In this document: positions 61,896-64,000 of the stretch, piece by piece
Position numbering within the stretch: the first letter of the stretch is position 1
How the letters are laid out: each line of letters begins with the position of its first letter
DNA from: the human T2T-CHM13v2.0 reference genome, Homo sapiens
Assembly (NCBI RefSeq): GCF_009914755.1
Contig: NC_060936.1
DNA: 64,000 bases
Reading direction: 5' to 3' (one strand)
Made by a program: the position numbers and the translations under genes
The notes under the pieces: generated by a model
The model's database searches: none
Seen by the model: the letters and a program-made list of their open reading frames with translations, nothing else
What the model was told of the DNA's origin: nothing

Positions 61896-63195
61896 GTAGC
61901 TTCCATACCAAACGTCTTTTAATTTGGCCTGTTATATAAAGATGTTCTAAAATATGTGGTCAAAAGGAGGAACTATGTATGTTAATTAAACACACCAATA
62001 TACTTTAAGAAGTTATTGTCTAAATGCCTTTCTAAAGTGATATCTATTTTGTCCCAATTACAAATTATTCATGGTTATTCCTAAAACTGGTAAATGCAGA
62101 ATATTATAAAGAAAAAATACAATTCACTAACAATCATAACCCTCTTTGACATTTTGAGACATTTCTTTCTAATTATATGAGTGGGACTGGGCGTTCACTC
62201 ATTATTTATTCAACAAACATCTTTTTAGTAGGTGCTACGGGCCAGACACTTTTCCAGGTGATGGTGATACAGCAGTGACCAAAACAAACAAATAACCTTT
62301 GCCATCATGGTGTTTACATTCTAGTAGATGATATTTAAAGACTCAGGAAAATATACAAATTTAACAACTAAATCAGGCTAATGATTTTGTTATTGTTCAG
62401 TAAGGTGTTTATTGTTTCTTCCCTTTCCTATATGCTGGGAGCATTTTCCTTTTCTTTTTGTTTTTTTTTAAGCAAGATTGTCATTACATTGCTTTGTGAG
62501 CCAACATAAAGGCCTTGCTGGGGTAAAAGGAAAACTCAATGTTTAAATTATGACTTCAGGAAGTTTATCCCACGGTGTGATGTTCTTAGCAGACCAATGA
62601 CTGCCCAGTGGAGGCCTCAGAGTGAATTCTGGAGTATCCTGTCCTGAGAGCCAGACAATCCGAGTCCAGGACTCAATGTTCATGTCTCAGGTTTTACCAA
62701 GTTGTCAGGCATCACCGTTTCTTCTTATGACTCTGAAACATTTATTTTGGTCTTAAAAAGAAAGTTTCCTGGAGTTAACAGAACGCATATTGTTTGTAGT
62801 GCATCATCTTCTATTCCTGCAAGACTAACCTGGCTAATTACCCTGCCCCTTTGGTGGTTCTGATGAAAACAACTAAAACTTAAATCTTGAAAGAAGCTTC
62901 AGAGTAGTGAGAATCATGGAGGTGGTTGGAGGGTGGGGATGGAGCAAAGCTCATCCTGTGATGGGTATTGTCGCCCCTGGACAAAGAGCGAAAGGACAGT
63001 GGGTCCCCTTCTATGTCTGGGCCACGACCATCGTGGCCTCCTCCTTTTCACACTGAGTCTCTCACTTCTAATTCCTCCCATTTCTCCTCTCTCCCACAGC
63101 CCCACATCCTTTGTCCCATAGAATCTGCAAAAAGGAAGAGAAGACTGTATTCCTCAAAATATCAAGGACGAGGATACTGTCTGACTTGGGAATAA

Positions 63196-64000
63196 ACCAA
63201 TGGCATATACGAAGGTGCTTAACATCACTAATCACTGCGGAAATGCAAGTCAAAACCATAATGACATAGCTCCTCACACCTGTTAAAATGACTATTATCA
63301 GAAAGTCAAATGATAAGTGTTCATTGAGGGTGTGGAGAAAATGGAACTCTTGTACACTGTTGGTGGGATTGTAAATTGGTGTGGCCATTATGAAAAACAA
63401 TGTGGAGGTTGCCCATAAAACTAAAAATAGAATTCCCATATGATCAGCAATTCTACTTCTGAGTGTTTATCCAAATAAATTGAAATCAGTATTTCGAATT
63501 GATATCCACACTCCCTGTTCATTACGGCATTATTCACAATAGCCAAGACATGAAAACAACCTAAGTGTCCACTGATGAATGAAGAAATAAAGAAAAGGTG
63601 GAATGTATACATATACAATGGAATACTGTTCAGCCGTAAAAAATAAGAAAATCCTGTTATTTGAAGCAACATAGAAGAAACTGGAGGACATTTGCTAAGT
63701 GAAATAAGCCAGACACAGAAAGTCAAATACTGCATGATCTCACTTATATGTGGAAACTAAAGAGTTTGAACTCATAAAATCAGGAAGTACCAAAGGAGGT
63801 TCCCAAGGGCTGGGGGTGTTGGAGAAATGTGGGATTTTGGTCAAAGGATACAAATTTTCATTTATAGGATGAATAAGTTCTGGAGATCTAATGTACAGCA
63901 TGGTAACTATAGTTCATAACAATGTATTGTATCCTTGAAATGTTCTGAGAGAGTAGATCTTAAGTGTTCTCATCACACATTAAAAAAGGTAGGTATATGA
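63196..64000 (+). mobile_element. L1MA/MB 3' portion, continuing past the window end
   Basis: acatcactaatc...gaaatgcaagtcaaaacca, gagagtagatcttaagtgttctcatcacac. Confidence 0.85.

Overview
Human (primate) genomic DNA containing the complete SPIC gene (Spi-C, PU.1/Spi-B-subfamily ETS transcription factor) on the + strand. It has a probable non-coding exon ending at 4641, an exon ending in the ATG (5969-6048) and four further coding exons (6699-6792, 8734-8846, 11946-12054, 15501-15928). These splice by GT-AG to a 747-nt CDS of 248 aa. From prior knowledge this is 12q23, between ARL1 and MYBPC1; neither neighbour is visible here. The remaining ~48 kb is intergenic and repeat-rich: many Alus, a 5'-truncated L1PA2 with an unbroken ORF2 RT/C-terminal frame, two older twin-primed L1s, a full-length THE1A MaLR provirus, solo LTRs, DNA transposons, MIR/L2 and two 5S rRNA-derived pseudogenes. 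Almost all short ORFs in the track are repeat-derived artefacts. I see no convincing new biological system. The best leads are: a chimeric 913-aa endonuclease-less L1 RT ORF opened by a flanking ATG; uORFs and tandem splice sites in SPIC; a dense E-box/T-box cluster that may be an enhancer; an old inverted duplication in SPIC intron 5; and tailless retroposition events. Repeat subfamily names and boundaries are by eye, not from RepeatMasker.
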